Part shown: piece after piece, positions 35,274 to 47,326 of the stretch | Numbering within the stretch: the stretch's first letter is position 1 | How the letters are laid out: the number at the start of each line of letters is the position of its first letter | Assembly: GCF_032444005.1 (NCBI RefSeq) | Contig: NC_091282.1 | Coordinates: 1,025,356,001 to 1,025,420,000 of the forward strand | From: Ranitomeya imitator | Taxonomy: Eukaryota | Direction: 5' to 3' | Length of the DNA stretch: 64,000 bases | Notes under the pieces: model-generated | Told to the model about the DNA's origin: nothing | Database searches by the model: none | The model's input: the letters and a program-made list of their open reading frames with translations, nothing else | Position numbers and translations under genes: made by a program

Positions 35274-38200
35274 ATGGACATTCAAGGTCTGTCCTCTTGG
35301 ATGGATAATCTCACTACAAGGGTACAAAACATTCAAGATTTTGTGGTTCAGAATCCGATGTCAGAACCTAGGATTCCAATTCCTGATTTGTTTTTTGGTG
35401 ATAGATCTAAGTTCTTGAATTTCAAAAATAATTGTAAATTGTTTCTTGCCTTGAAACCTTGCTCCTCAGGTGACCCTGTTCAACAAGTAAAGATCATTAT
35501 TTCCTTGTTACGTGGTGACCCTCAAGACTGGGCATTTTCCCTTGCGCCAGGAGATCCGGCATTGCGTGATGTTGATGTGTTTTTCCTGGCGCTTGGATTG
35601 CTTTATGACGAACCTAATTCAGTGGATCAGGCAGAGAAAATCTTGATGGCTCTGTGTCAGGGTCAGGATGAAGCGGAGATATATTGTCAGAAGTTTAGAA
35701 AGTTGTTTGTGCTCACTCAGTGGAATGAATGTGCCCTGGCAGCAATCTTCAGAAAGGGTCTCTCTGAAGCCCTTAAGGATGTCATGGTGGGATTTCCCAT
35801 GCCTGCTGGTCTGAATGATTCTATGTCCTTGGCCATTCAGATCGATCGACGCTTGTGTGAGCGTAAAGCTGTGCACCATTTGGCGGTACTATCTGAGCAT
35901 GGGCCTGAGCCTATGCAATGTGATAGGACTTTGACCAGAGCTGAACGGCAAGAACACAGACGTCGGAATGGGCTATGTTTTTACTGTGGTGATTCCACTC
36001 ATGCTATCTCCGATTGTCCTAAGCGCACTAAGCGGTTCGCTAGATCTGCCACCATTGGTACGGTACAGTCTAAATTTCTATTGTCCGTTACTCTGATTTG
36101 CTCTTTGTCATCCTATTCTGTTATGGCATTTGTGGATTCAGGCGCTGCCCTGAATTTGATGGACTTGGAGTATGCTAGGCGCTGTGGTTTTTTCTTGGAG
36201 CCCTTGCAGTATCCTATTCCATTGAGAGGAATTGATGCTACGCCTTTGGCCAAGAATAAGCCTCAGTACTGGACCCAATTGACCATGTGCATGGTTCCTG
36301 CACATCAGGAGGATATCCGTTTTCTGGTATTGCATAATCTGCATGATGTGGTCGTTTTGGGGTTGCCATGGCTACAGGTTCATAATCCAGTATTGGACTG
36401 GAAATCTATGTCTGTGTCCAGCTGCTGTTGCCAGGGGGTACATGGTGATGTTCCATTTTTGTCTATTTCGTCTTCCACTCCTTCTGAATTTCCAGAGTTT
36501 TTGTCGGATTATCGGGATGTATTTGATGAGCCCAAAGCCAGTGCCCTACCTCCTCATAGGGATTGCGATTGTGCAATTAATTTGATTCCTGGTAGTAAGT
36601 TTCCTAAGGGCCGATTGTTCAATTTATCTGTGCCAGAACACGCCGCTATGCGGAGTTATATAAAGGAATCCTTGGAGAAGGGTCATATTCGCCCGTCGTC
36701 ATCACCGTTAGGAGCAGGGTTCTTTTTTGTGGCCAAGAAGGATGGTTCTTTGAGACCTTGTATTGATTACCGCCTTCTTAATAAAATTACAGTCAAATTT
36801 CAGTATCCTTTGCCGTTGCTGTCTGATTTGTTTGCTCGTATTAAAGGGGCTAGTTGGTTCACCAAGATAGATCTTCGAGGGGCGTATAATCTTGTGCGTA
36901 TTAAACAAGGCGATGAATGGAAAACAGCATTTAATACGCCCGAGGGCCATTTTGAGTACCTGGTTATGCCATTCGGGCTTTCCAATGCTCCATCAGTATT
37001 TCAGTCTTTTATGCATGACATCTTCCGAGAGTACCTGGATAAATTCCTGATTGTGTATTTGGATGATATTTTGGTCTTTTCGGATGATTGGGAGTCTCAT
37101 GTGAAGCAGGTCAGAATGGTGTTCCAGGTCCTTCGTGCGAATTCCTTGTTTGTGAAGGGGTCAAAGTGTCTCTTTGGAGTTCAGAAGGTTTCATTTTTGG
37201 GGTTCATTTTTTCCCCTTCTACTATCGAGATGGACCCTGTTAAAGTCCAGGCCATTTACGATTGGACTCAGCCGACATCTGTGAAGAGCCTGCAAAAGTT
37301 CCTGGGCTTTGCTAATTTTTATCGGCGCTTCATCGCTAATTTTTCTACTGTTGCTAAACCGTTGACTGATTTGACCAAGTAGGGTGCTGACATGGTCAAT
37401 TGGTCTTCTGCAGCTGTAGAGGCTTTTCAGGAGTAGAAGCATCGTTTTTCTTCTGCCCCTGTGTTGTGCCAGCCAGATGTTTCGCTCCCGTTTCAGGTTG
37501 AGGTTGATGCTTCTGAGATTGGAGCAGGGGCTGTTTTGTCGCAAAGAAGTTCTGATGGCTCGGTGATGAAGCCATGTGCTTTCTTTTCTAGAAAGTTTTC
37601 GCCTGCTGAGCGTAATTATGATGTTGGTAATCGTGAGTTGTTGGCCATGAAGTGGGCATTCGAGGAGTGGTGTCATTGGCTTGAAGGAGCCAAGCATCGC
37701 GTGGTGGTCTTGACAGATCACAAGAATTTGACTTATCTTGAGTCTGCCAAACGGTTGAATCCGAGACAGGCTCGATGGTCATTATTTTTCTCCCGTTTTG
37801 ATTTTGTGGTTTCGTACCTTCCGGGCTCTAAGAATGTGAAGGCTGATGCCCTGTCAAGGAGTTTTGTGCCTGACTCTCCGGGTGTTCCTGATCCGGCGGG
37901 TATTCTCAAAGAGGGGGTAATTTTGTCTGCCATCTCCCCTGATTTGCGGCGGGTGCTGCAAAAATTTCAGGCTGATAGACCTGACCGTTGCCCAGCGGAG
38001 AAACTGTTTGTCCCTGATAGATGGACTAGTAGAGTTATCTCTGAGATTCATTGTTCAGTGTTGGCTGGGCATCCTGGAATCTTTGGTACCAGAGATTTGG
38101 TGGCTAGATCCTTTTGGTGGCCGTCTTTGTCACGGGATGTGCGTTCTTTTGTGCATTCCTGTGGGACTTGTGCTCGGGCTAAGCCCTGCAGTTCTCGTGC

Positions 38201-39665
38201 CAGTGGGTTGCTTTTGCCCTTGCCAGTCCCGAAGAGGCCCTGGATGCATATTTCTATGGATTTTATTTCGGATCTCCCCGTCTCTCAAAAGATGTCGGTC
38301 ATTTGGGTGGTTTGTGATCGCTTTTCTAAGATGGTCCATTTGGTACCTTTGTCTAAATTGCCTTCCTCCTCTGATTTGGTGCCATTATTTTTCCAGCATG
38401 TGGTTCGTTTACATGGTATCCCGGAGAACATTGTTTCTGACAAAGGTTCCCAGATTGTTTTGAGGTTTTGGCGATCCTTTTGTGCAAGGATGGGCATTGA
38501 TTTGTCTTTTTCCTTGGCTTTCCATCCTCAGACAAATGGCCAAACCGAACGAACTAATCAAACTTTGGAAACATATCCGAGATGCTTTGTTTCTGCTGAT
38601 CAGGATGATTGGGTGTCCTTTTTGCCGTTGGCTGAGTTCGCCCTTAATAATCGGGCCAGCTCGGCTACTTTGGTTTCGCCGTTTTTCTGCAATTCTGGTT
38701 TCCATCCTCGTTTCTCTTCAGGGCAGGTTGAGTCTTCGGACTGTCCTGGTGTAGATACTGTGGTGGATAGGTTGCAGCAGATTTGGACTCATGTGGTGGA
38801 CAATTTGACATTGTCCCAGGAGAAGGCTCAACGTTTCGCTAACCGCCGGCGCTGTGTGGGTCCCCGACTTCGTGTTGGGGATTTGGTTTGGTTGTCGTCT
38901 CGTTATGTTCCTATGAAGGTTTCCTCTCCTAAGTTTAAGCCTCGTTTCATTGGTCCGTATAAGATTTCGGAGGTTATCAATCCTGTGTCATTTCGTTTGG
39001 CCCTTCCTGCTTCTTTTGCCATCCATAATGTGTTCCATAGGTCGTTATTGCGGAGATACGTGGCGCCTGTGGTTCCATCCGTTGATCCTCCTGCCCCGGT
39101 GTTGGTTGAGGGGGAGTTGGAGTATGTGGTGAAGATTTTGGATTCTCGTGTTTCGAGACGGAAACTCCAGTACCTGGTCAAGTGGAAGGGTTATGGTCAG
39201 GAAGATAATTCCTGGGTTTTTGCCTCTGATGTTCATGCTGCCGATCTGGTTCGTGCCTTTCATTTGGCTCGAGAAAAAAGGAATGTAGTCAGCTTACCGG
39301 TCTTAGACGAAATCCCCAGACCTGCCAACGCCCAGCACGGTTCGGGGTGAGCGCCCACAGCAAATGAAGACAAGAAGAGAAATGATCCAGCTGGAGGTGG
39401 AGGCAGTTCAGACTTTGTGAGACTTTATTATACAACTAAAGGATCCTCCTCACTGGTGTGCCAGGTGTTGGCTATGTAAAGATTTTTCTTGTGGAAGAAT
39501 TTTTTATTGCTTTAGTTGTATAATAAAATCTCACAAAGTCTGAACTGCCTCCACCTCCAGCTGGATCATTTCTCTTCTTGTTTTCATTTGGCTCATCCTG
39601 GTCGGCCTGGGGGCTCTGGTGAGGGTTCGGTGACCCCTCCTCAAGGGGGGGGGGTACTGTTGTGA
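35274..39665 (+). pseudogene. gag-pol of element B (gag to RT in one frame; TAG stops at 37380 and 37434; insertion in chromodomain tail)
   Basis: The 740-aa and 629-aa ORFs contain CCHC, DSGA, YLDD, RNase H, integrase and chromodomain motifs. Confidence 0.95.
39271..39581. mobile_element. Penelope-like inverted insertion inside element B
   Basis: 71-bp inverted arms 39371-39441 / 39510-39580; 13-bp TSD TTTCATTTGGCTC; absent from element A. Confidence 0.7.
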
Positions 39666-40464
39666 ATTCTGTTGTCGGGCTCCCTCCTGTGGTCATGAAT
39701 GGTACTTCGGCTGGTTCTGTCCATGGACTTCCTCTGGTGGGTGTTTCTGAGTTTCCTTCCACAGGTGACGAAGTTAATTCGTTAGCTGGCTGCTCTATTT
39801 AACTCCACTCAGATCTTTGCTCCATGCCACCTGTCAATGTTCCAGTATTGGTCTAGTTCACTCCTGGATCGTTCTTGCGACCTGTCTTCCCAGCAGAAGC
39901 TAAGTTCCAGCTTGTATTTTTTTGGTTTGCTATTTTTCTGTCCAGCTTGCTATTTTTATTGTTGTCTTGCTTGCTGGAAGCTCTGGGATGCAGAGGGAGC
40001 GCCTCCGCACCGTGAGTCGGTGCGGAGGGTCTTTTTGCGCCCTCTGCATGGTCTTTTTGTAGGTTTTTGTGCTGACCGCAAAGTAACCTTTCCTATCCTT
40101 GGTCTGTTCAGTAAGTCGGGCCTCACTTTGCTAAATCTATTTAATCTCTGTGTTTGTATTTTCATCTTTACTCACAGTCATTATATGTGGGGGGCTGCCT
40201 TTTCCTTTGGGGAATTTCTCTGAGGCAAGGTAGGCTTTATTTTTCTTTCTTCAGGGCTAGCTAGTTCCTTAGGCTGTGCCGAGTTGCATAGGGAGCGTTA
40301 GGCGCAATCCACGGCTATTTCTAGTGTGTTTGATAGGATTAGGGATTGCGGTTAGCAGAGTTCCCATGTCCCAGAGCTCGTCCTTTATTATCAGTAACTA
40401 TCAGGTCATTCAGTGTGCTCTTAACCACCAGGTCCATTATTGTCCTGACCACCAGGTCATAACA
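39658..40464 (+). repeat. 3' LTR of element B (807 bp)
   Basis: Direct repeat of the 5' LTR, preceded by PPT AAGGGGGGGGGGTAC. Confidence 0.93.
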
Positions 40465-40609
40465 GGCGTCATTACTGTGCGCCCTTTGTGCTGAAATGTG
40501 CTGCGCTTCACAATACATGCTCAGAAGACTGCAGCATTGGGTGGAATGAGGAGCGGTGAGGATTGTATTTTTTTTCATATCAGTGACTGGTAGCCATAAT
40601 ACAGCATGG

Positions 40610-42800
40610 ATGACCAAGGGGAATGCATGGTAGTCTTTGGAGGATCATGGGGAGTGAATTATATTTCATGGAGGACCATGGGGGGTGCTTTATATTCTGT
40701 GGAGGACAATGGGGAGTGCATTATATTCTATGAAGGACCACGAGGAGTGCATTATATTCTATGAAGGACCACAAGGAGTGCATTATATTCTACGGAGGAC
40801 CATGGGGAGTGCATTAAATTCTATGGAGGACCACGAGGGATGCAATATATTCTGTGGAGGACCATGGGGAGAGCTTTATATTCTATGGAGAATCATGAGA
40901 AGAGAATTATGTTCCATGGAGGACCACGGGGAGTGCATTATATTATATGGAAGATAATGGGGGGTGCATTATATTCTATGGAAAACCAGGGGAGTGCATT
41001 ATATTCTATGGAAGACCATGGGGAGTGCATTATATTTTATGGCGGACCAAAGAGAGTACATTATATTTTATGGAGGATCATGGGGAGTGCATTACATTCT
41101 ATGGAGCACTATACGGAGTGCATTATATTCTATGGGGGACCATGGAGAGTGCATTATATTATATGGAGGATGATGGGGAGTGCATTATTTTCCCTGGAAA
41201 ACAAAGGGGAGGGTTATAGGATAGCTCGCCCCCAGCAGTTCACCTCCGGGTACATTTCACCCCCTGCAGTTCGCGCTTGTTTGTAGTTGTGGTTCATGAA
41301 TTCCCATCCATCATCAATCCAGAGTGCTGCACTTTTGTGACATATTAAATCAACTGTTTCCATCTGACGTCACGGGGACCCGCTAGCCTGCACTCCGGAA
41401 CCCAAGGAACTGCAGCTGCGACAGGTAAGTATCATCCTGGGGGCCAAATGCTAGGGACGGAATGTGTGGGGGTGAACGGTACCCAGGGGCGAACTGCTGA
41501 GGGTGAACTGCTGGGAGCAAAACATCCAAATTCCATATTTTATGGAGGACCATGGTGAGTGCATTACATACTATGGAACACCATGGGGAGTGCATTATAT
41601 TCTATGGAGGACAATGAGGAATGCATTAAATTCTATGGAGGACTATGGGGAGAGCATTATATTCTATGGAGGACCATAGAGAGTGCATTATATTTTATGA
41701 AGGACCATGGGGAGTGCATTACATTCTATGGAGCATCATGGGGAGTGCATTATTTTCTATGAAGGACCATGGGGAGTGCATTATATTCTATGGAGGAACC
41801 ATGGAGAGAGCATTAAATTCTATGAAGGACCATGGGAAGAGCATTATATTCTATGGAGAACCAAGGGAAGAGCATTATGTTCTATGGAGCACCATGGGGA
41901 GTGCATAATTTTCTATGGAGGACCATGGGAAGTGCATTATATTTTATGGAGGACCATGGGGAGTGCGTTATATTGCATGAAGTACCATGTGGAGTGCATT
42001 ATATGATATGGAGGATAATGGGGAGTGCATAATATTCCATGTAGAACTATGGGGAGTGAATTATATTCTGTGGAGGACCATGGGGAGTGCATTATATTCT
42101 ATGGAGGACCATGGGGAGTGCATTATATTTTCTGGAGGACCATGGGGAGTGCATTATATTTTATGGAGGACGATGGGGAGTGCATTATATTTTATGGACG
42201 ACCATGGGAAGAGCATTATGTTCTATGAAGGAGTATGGAGAGTGCATTATATTTCATGGAGGAAGATAGTAAGTGCATTTTATTCTATGGAAGACCATAT
42301 GAAGTGCATTATATTGTATGGAGGACCATGGGGAGTGCAATATTATATCATATTGAGGACCATCAGGAGAGCATTATATTGTATGCAGGACCATGTGGAA
42401 TGCATGATTCCATATGGCGGACCATGGTGAGTGCATTATACCATAAAGACGTCCCCGTTGAGTGCATTTTACCATATGGAGGACCATGGGGAGTGCATTA
42501 TACCATATGGAGGGCTATGGGAAGTGCATTATACTATATGGTGGACATGGGGAGGGCATTATACTATATGGAGGATTATGAGATGTGCATTATAGTCTAT
42601 ATTGGGCCCATTACATTTTATGGAAATCTATGAGGGGCCATTATATTTGGAGGGCCGTGTGGGGGCCATTTTACTGTTTGCAAGCATTACAATGCAAAGC
42701 CATTATATTGTAAGGAGGGCTAGTGCGGTCCATTATACAGTGTGGAGAGTTGTGGGGCCATTATACTATATGTAGGCCCATTATACTGCATAATGCTGGG
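40610..42800. repeat. ~31-bp minisatellite GGAGGACCATGGGGAGTGCATTATATTCTAT
   Basis: Tandem units visible; reverse complement of the 27750-28530 unit; interrupted at ~41196-41533. Confidence 0.9.
41196..41533. mobile_element. Small insertion with inverted arms, possibly PLE-like
   Basis: CAGCAGTTCACCTCCGGGTACATTTCACCCCC is inverted against GGGGGTGAACGGTACCCAGGGGCGAACTGCTG; CAG|GTAAGT donor; no clear TSD. Confidence 0.4.
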
Positions 42801-43136
42801 TGGGGGTCACAGTTGGGGGATCATACTATGTTGGAGTCACCAAACTATAGCTTAGTAGTTGAGGTGGGGTACAGAAGGGTCATTATATTATCCATATAGA
42901 GGAATTCACCATGGAGGTATCGTACCGTGTTTGGGGGGCACTTTTGTTGGCATCATACTTTATGAGGGAAATGAAAGCCGAATCTAGGACCTCAGCAAGA
43001 GGAAAATTACTTTGCAAATGCTGCAAAGTTGTGAAATATGGTCTGCTGCGACCCAGACAAATATATACATATATTTTTTGAGGTGGCCAATTAGAACTTC
43101 TGCTATTGGCCCCCATGCTTTCTATGTGCGCCCCTG

Positions 43137-43760
43137 CCTTGCAGCCATTTCTGTGTGAGAGTAGTGTGCCTAAAAAACATACTCTGCACCCATGTCTGTG
43201 CAGGTAGTGTAACTAAAAAATAGTTATACTCTGCGCCCATGTCTGTGCGAGTAGTGTTCCTAAAAAATAATTATACTCTTTAGATGTGTCTGTATAAGTG
43301 GTGTGCCTAAGAAAAGTTATACTCTACAGCCGTGTGTATGCAAGCAGTGTGCCTAAAAATATTTATGCTCTTTACCCGTGTCTATGCGAGTAGTGTGCCT
43401 AACAAATATTTACACTCTGCACCCCCGTATGTGCAAGTAATGTACCTAATAAATAATTATACTTTGCTGCCATGTGTGTGCGAGTAGTGTTCCTAAAAAA
43501 ATAGTCATTCCCTGTGTCCATGTCTGTGCAAGTACTATGCCTAACAAAGTTATATTCTGCAGCTGTGCCTGTGTGAGTAGTGTTACTAAAATAGTTTTAC
43601 ACTGCAGCTGTGTCTATGCAAGCAGTGTGCTTAAAAATAGTTATAGTCTGCAGCCGTTTCTGTGTGAGCCATGTGCCAAAGCAATAGTTTTTCTCTGCAG
43701 CCGTGTGTGTGTGCAAGTAGTGTGCCTAAAAAATAGTTGTACTCTGCAGCTGGGTATATA
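43137..43760. repeat. ~58-bp tandem repeat (GTGTGCGAGTAGTGTGCCTAAAAAATAGTTATACTCTGCAGCC)
   Basis: About ten degenerate units; one unit also at 34130-34180, left of the hAT insertion. Confidence 0.8.
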
Positions 43761-44149
43761 GTGTACAGGTAACACACTGATTCACCAGTGACATCTCTTG
43801 TTGAAGTCCTTCATATTCGCTTTTCTTCTTCATCCAGTGCAGATCACCATCACTTCTTCCAGCCAGGACTCGTTTCTGCAGAAAATAACACACAGATATC
43901 TAGAGCATCACTTCCAGAGTACATGCCCCACTTTTCCCCCAACTTCTACACTACACAGCTGAATACAGTGATGCACCCTCCATTAATATATAATTAGTTA
44001 ATATACAACCCATGATTCCAAATATAGATTGTAATCCAGCACTGTGCCTTCATACATAGACACTTTCCCCATTAAATTAGTATATAAATTAATTAGCACC
44101 TGTACTCTTTCCCCCAATTCAATACCAGTCACACTCCTGCATCCTCAAC

Positions 44150-44690
44150 CCCGACTTTGTACCTTCCACTCCCCGATTCATTATATTTAGATGCCCCCAT
44201 CCTCCCCAATTCATTATGTCATGTCCTCTCTCCCACCCCACCCTCTATTCATTATCAACTGCCCGGACCCTCAATTTATCATTATTTGCTGTTCTCCAAT
44301 TCATCCTCATTATCATCATCAACATCATTTGCTGTCCCTCACCCTCAATTCATCATCATTTACTTTCCCCATCCCAAAGTCTCAATGCATCATCATTTAC
44401 TCCCTCACCCTCAATTCATCATTATTTGCTCTTCCAACCTCCCAAGTCATATTTGCTCTCCCCACCCCACCATCAATTCATTATTTGCTGTCACCACCCC
44501 ATCTTCAATTCATGATTTGATCTCCCCACACCCCACCTTCAATTCTTCATTTGCTGTGCTCACCCCACCTTTAATTCATCATGTTGTCCCTATCCCCCAC
44601 CCCCAATTCATCATTATTTGCACTACCCCACTTTCAATACATCATCATTCACTGTCCCCAATCCCACACCTTCAATTCATCATCATTTGA
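44150..44690. repeat. Degenerate ~30-bp C-rich minisatellite (CCCCACCC..AATTCATCATTATTTGC)
   Basis: Repeated units visible; a hAT-like right end (TGGCGGCCCTG) at 44881 suggests it lies inside a TE. Confidence 0.7.
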
Positions 44691-45683
44691 CGTCCAAGGG
44701 AAAGCTTATTTTGCCGAGATCTGCACCGCCGATGGTGGTGCACTGGCGCACAGCGCCTTGTTGTACTCTAGGGCCCGTTGAGTGGAAGCAAAATAAGGGG
44801 TGGCTGGGACCAGGCTCCCACTCTTCTGCTCACTTGAAACCCTACAGCAGTAAGGGCAGAAATGCCCTAATGGCGGCCCTGCCCATGTTATTCAATACGG
44901 TTGATCAGATGAATGATTTCTCAGTCCATCTGTGTGCCACTAATTACATCTGAGTTTCATACACAAGTCTATGGGTGGGAGAAAAAAAATTGGATTCCAC
45001 ATGTACCATCCAAGTGGCTTCCAATTTTTATGGAGAGATTTCTATTATAAACCTAGGAAACTGTCATCATGTATATGGTTTAATTTAGTTGTATGAAAAT
45101 GGATCGCACACAGATATCACATGAACATAAAAACACAGCACACAGATGAAAATCTGATTAAATTTTTTTTTTTAAATTATCCGAGTTTTCTGGAAGAAAC
45201 TCGGACAATTTTTCATACTCTCTTCTGCAGACACCAATATAAGGAGACAGTGATATTTGAGTTGGAGCCTAAAAGAAGTGAGATAGGAAAGAAGACATAT
45301 ATAAAGTACATTCATATGTTACTTGAAAATGGATGCACATTAAACACACAAAAATGTATATTATATTGTCATCTTCAAATCCTAAAATTGCCATAAATAT
45401 TCCTGAATCAGTGTTCCCATAGGAGCAGTAAAATACAATACAAGCAAATGCAATGATAGAAATTGCATAAAACACATTGTACAGTAATCCCTGTAAGACG
45501 GATTGTAGTCATAAATAGAGATATTGACTAATAAGACATTTAAGAAACACATTTAACAAGAGCATTTTGTTTTAGCACCATTGGCAAAAGAGCATTTTGT
45601 GTCTTCAGTCCCAATATATACTACATATCATTTATAAGGAAGAGTCAGCTTTAAATACCATTTCAGATTTGACATCTAGACAG

Positions 45684-46447
45684 TAGTGTTGAGCATTCCG
45701 ATACCGCAAGTATCGGGTATCGGCCGATACTTGCGGTATCGGAATTCCGATACCGAGATCCGATACTTTTGTGATATCGGGTATCGGTATCGGATCAATA
45801 GGGATGTGTAAAATAAAGAATTAAAATAAAAAATATTGATATGCTCACCTCTCCGGCGGCCCCTGGACATCACGCTGCTAACCGGGAGGCTTCTTTGTTT
45901 AAAATGTGTGCCTTTAGGACCTGCGAATGACGTCCCGGCTTCTGATTGGTCGCGTGCCGCCCATGTGACCGCCACGCGACCAATCAGAAGCCGTGACGTC
46001 ATTCGCAGGTCCTCAATTTCTAGAATTAGGAGTTTAGTGAATGAGAATGACGTCGCGGCTTCTGATTGGTCGCGTGCCGGTCACATGGGTGGCACGCGAC
46101 CAATCAGAAGCCGGGACGTCATTCGCAGGTCCTAAAGGCGCGCATTTTAAACAAAGAAGCCTCCTGGTTAGAAGCGTGATGTCCAGGGGCCGCCGGAGAG
46201 GTGAGCATATCAATATTTTTTATTTTAATTCTTTATTTTACACATCCCTATGGATCCCAGGGCCTGAAGGAGAGTTTCCTCTCCTTCAGACCCTGGGAAC
46301 CATGAGAATACCTTCCGATACTTGATGTCCCATTGACTTGTATTGGTATCGGATATCGGTATCGGCGATATCCGATATTTTTCGGGTATCGGCCGATACT
46401 ATCCGATACCGATACTTTCAAGTATCGGACGGTATCGCTCAACACTA
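45684..46447. mobile_element. hAT-type MITE, 764 bp
   Basis: TAGTGTTGAGC TIRs; perfect 8-bp TSD CTAGACAG; inverted sister of 24360-25109. Confidence 0.92.
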
Positions 46448-46814
46448 CTAGACAGTAAAGACTACATACAAAATTGCTAACAATAAATGTTAATATTAGT
46501 AAAAAAAAGTTTTGAAATTTGGCATGCATTCTAGCAAGGTGTTGCCATGTGATTTCTGCATTCCTTGTAGAAAAACTTTGGTAGACATTGATAGAATGTA
46601 GACTAGTTCCAGTTCATCAGATCTGAGCTGTATTACAAGCTTGGTCACAAGACAAGTATAGGGTAAGAAATGCAATGAGGTTAAGAAATATCATCTACGT
46701 GAAAAGTTGTATATTTAAGTTAAAATGACAGTCAAAAGTAAATCTATGTTATGCTTAAAATTTTTTATAGTCATCAATAGGCAAAGAACAAGGGGCTGGT
46801 TAGATACTTTAGAC

Positions 46815-47326
46815 CAGTGATTCCCAACTTTTCTGACCTTGAAAGCCACATTCAACTCTGAGAGAGGGTTGCGAGCCACATCCAGCTCCTGCCCCCTCTC
46901 AAGGTAGTGGCAACCAAAGACCCTATTATGGCTATAATGATAACCAAGACTTTCCACAGAAATCACTCCGAAGCAGTATACCAAGATCCAGGGGTTTCCT
47001 CAATAGCCTCATTCAGTATTCTCCCACCCAGCACTCACAACACACTGTTCCCATTCAGCTTGAAGCACCTCCTCTGACAGGTAATATCATCCTGCTTCAA
47101 GTGTACCTTACTTATATTATATCTATACCTCTAAGACCAGTATATTTGCATCCAGATCAGCTCTTCTGTGCAGGGCTACTTACATAATTCACCATTTTGA
47201 CATGTGCTTTTCACACCTGTTTGCTAGACCTGGAGCTAATGCACCAAGTTGACAGACAGCCACGAGCCATAGTTCACGGGATGTCGAGCCAGATGTGGCT
47301 CCTGAGCTACAGATTCGGAACCCCTG
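46815..47326. mobile_element. hAT-type MITE
   Basis: CAGTGATTCCC / GGAACCCCTG termini; 7/8 TSD CTTTAGAC / CTTTAGTC. Confidence 0.7.

Larger units (their letters stand above)
34374..40464 (+). mobile_element. Full-length Ty3/Gypsy chromovirus-type LTR retrotransposon B (defective)
   Basis: LTRs 34374-35137 and 39658-40464, TG...CA ends, GGCGTC duplicated on both sides, gag-pol with chromodomain, G-rich PPT. Confidence 0.97.
34181..43136. mobile_element. Non-autonomous hAT element hosting Gypsy element B and a minisatellite
   Basis: Imperfect TIR CAGTGGTGTAC vs CAGGGGCGCAC; 7/8 TSD CTTTGCAG / CCTTGCAG; interrupts a ~58-bp tandem array that resumes at 43137. Confidence 0.6.

Noticed and set aside
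40610-42800. CRISPR-like array
   Set aside because: Eukaryotic context, contiguous units with no unique spacers, no cas genes.
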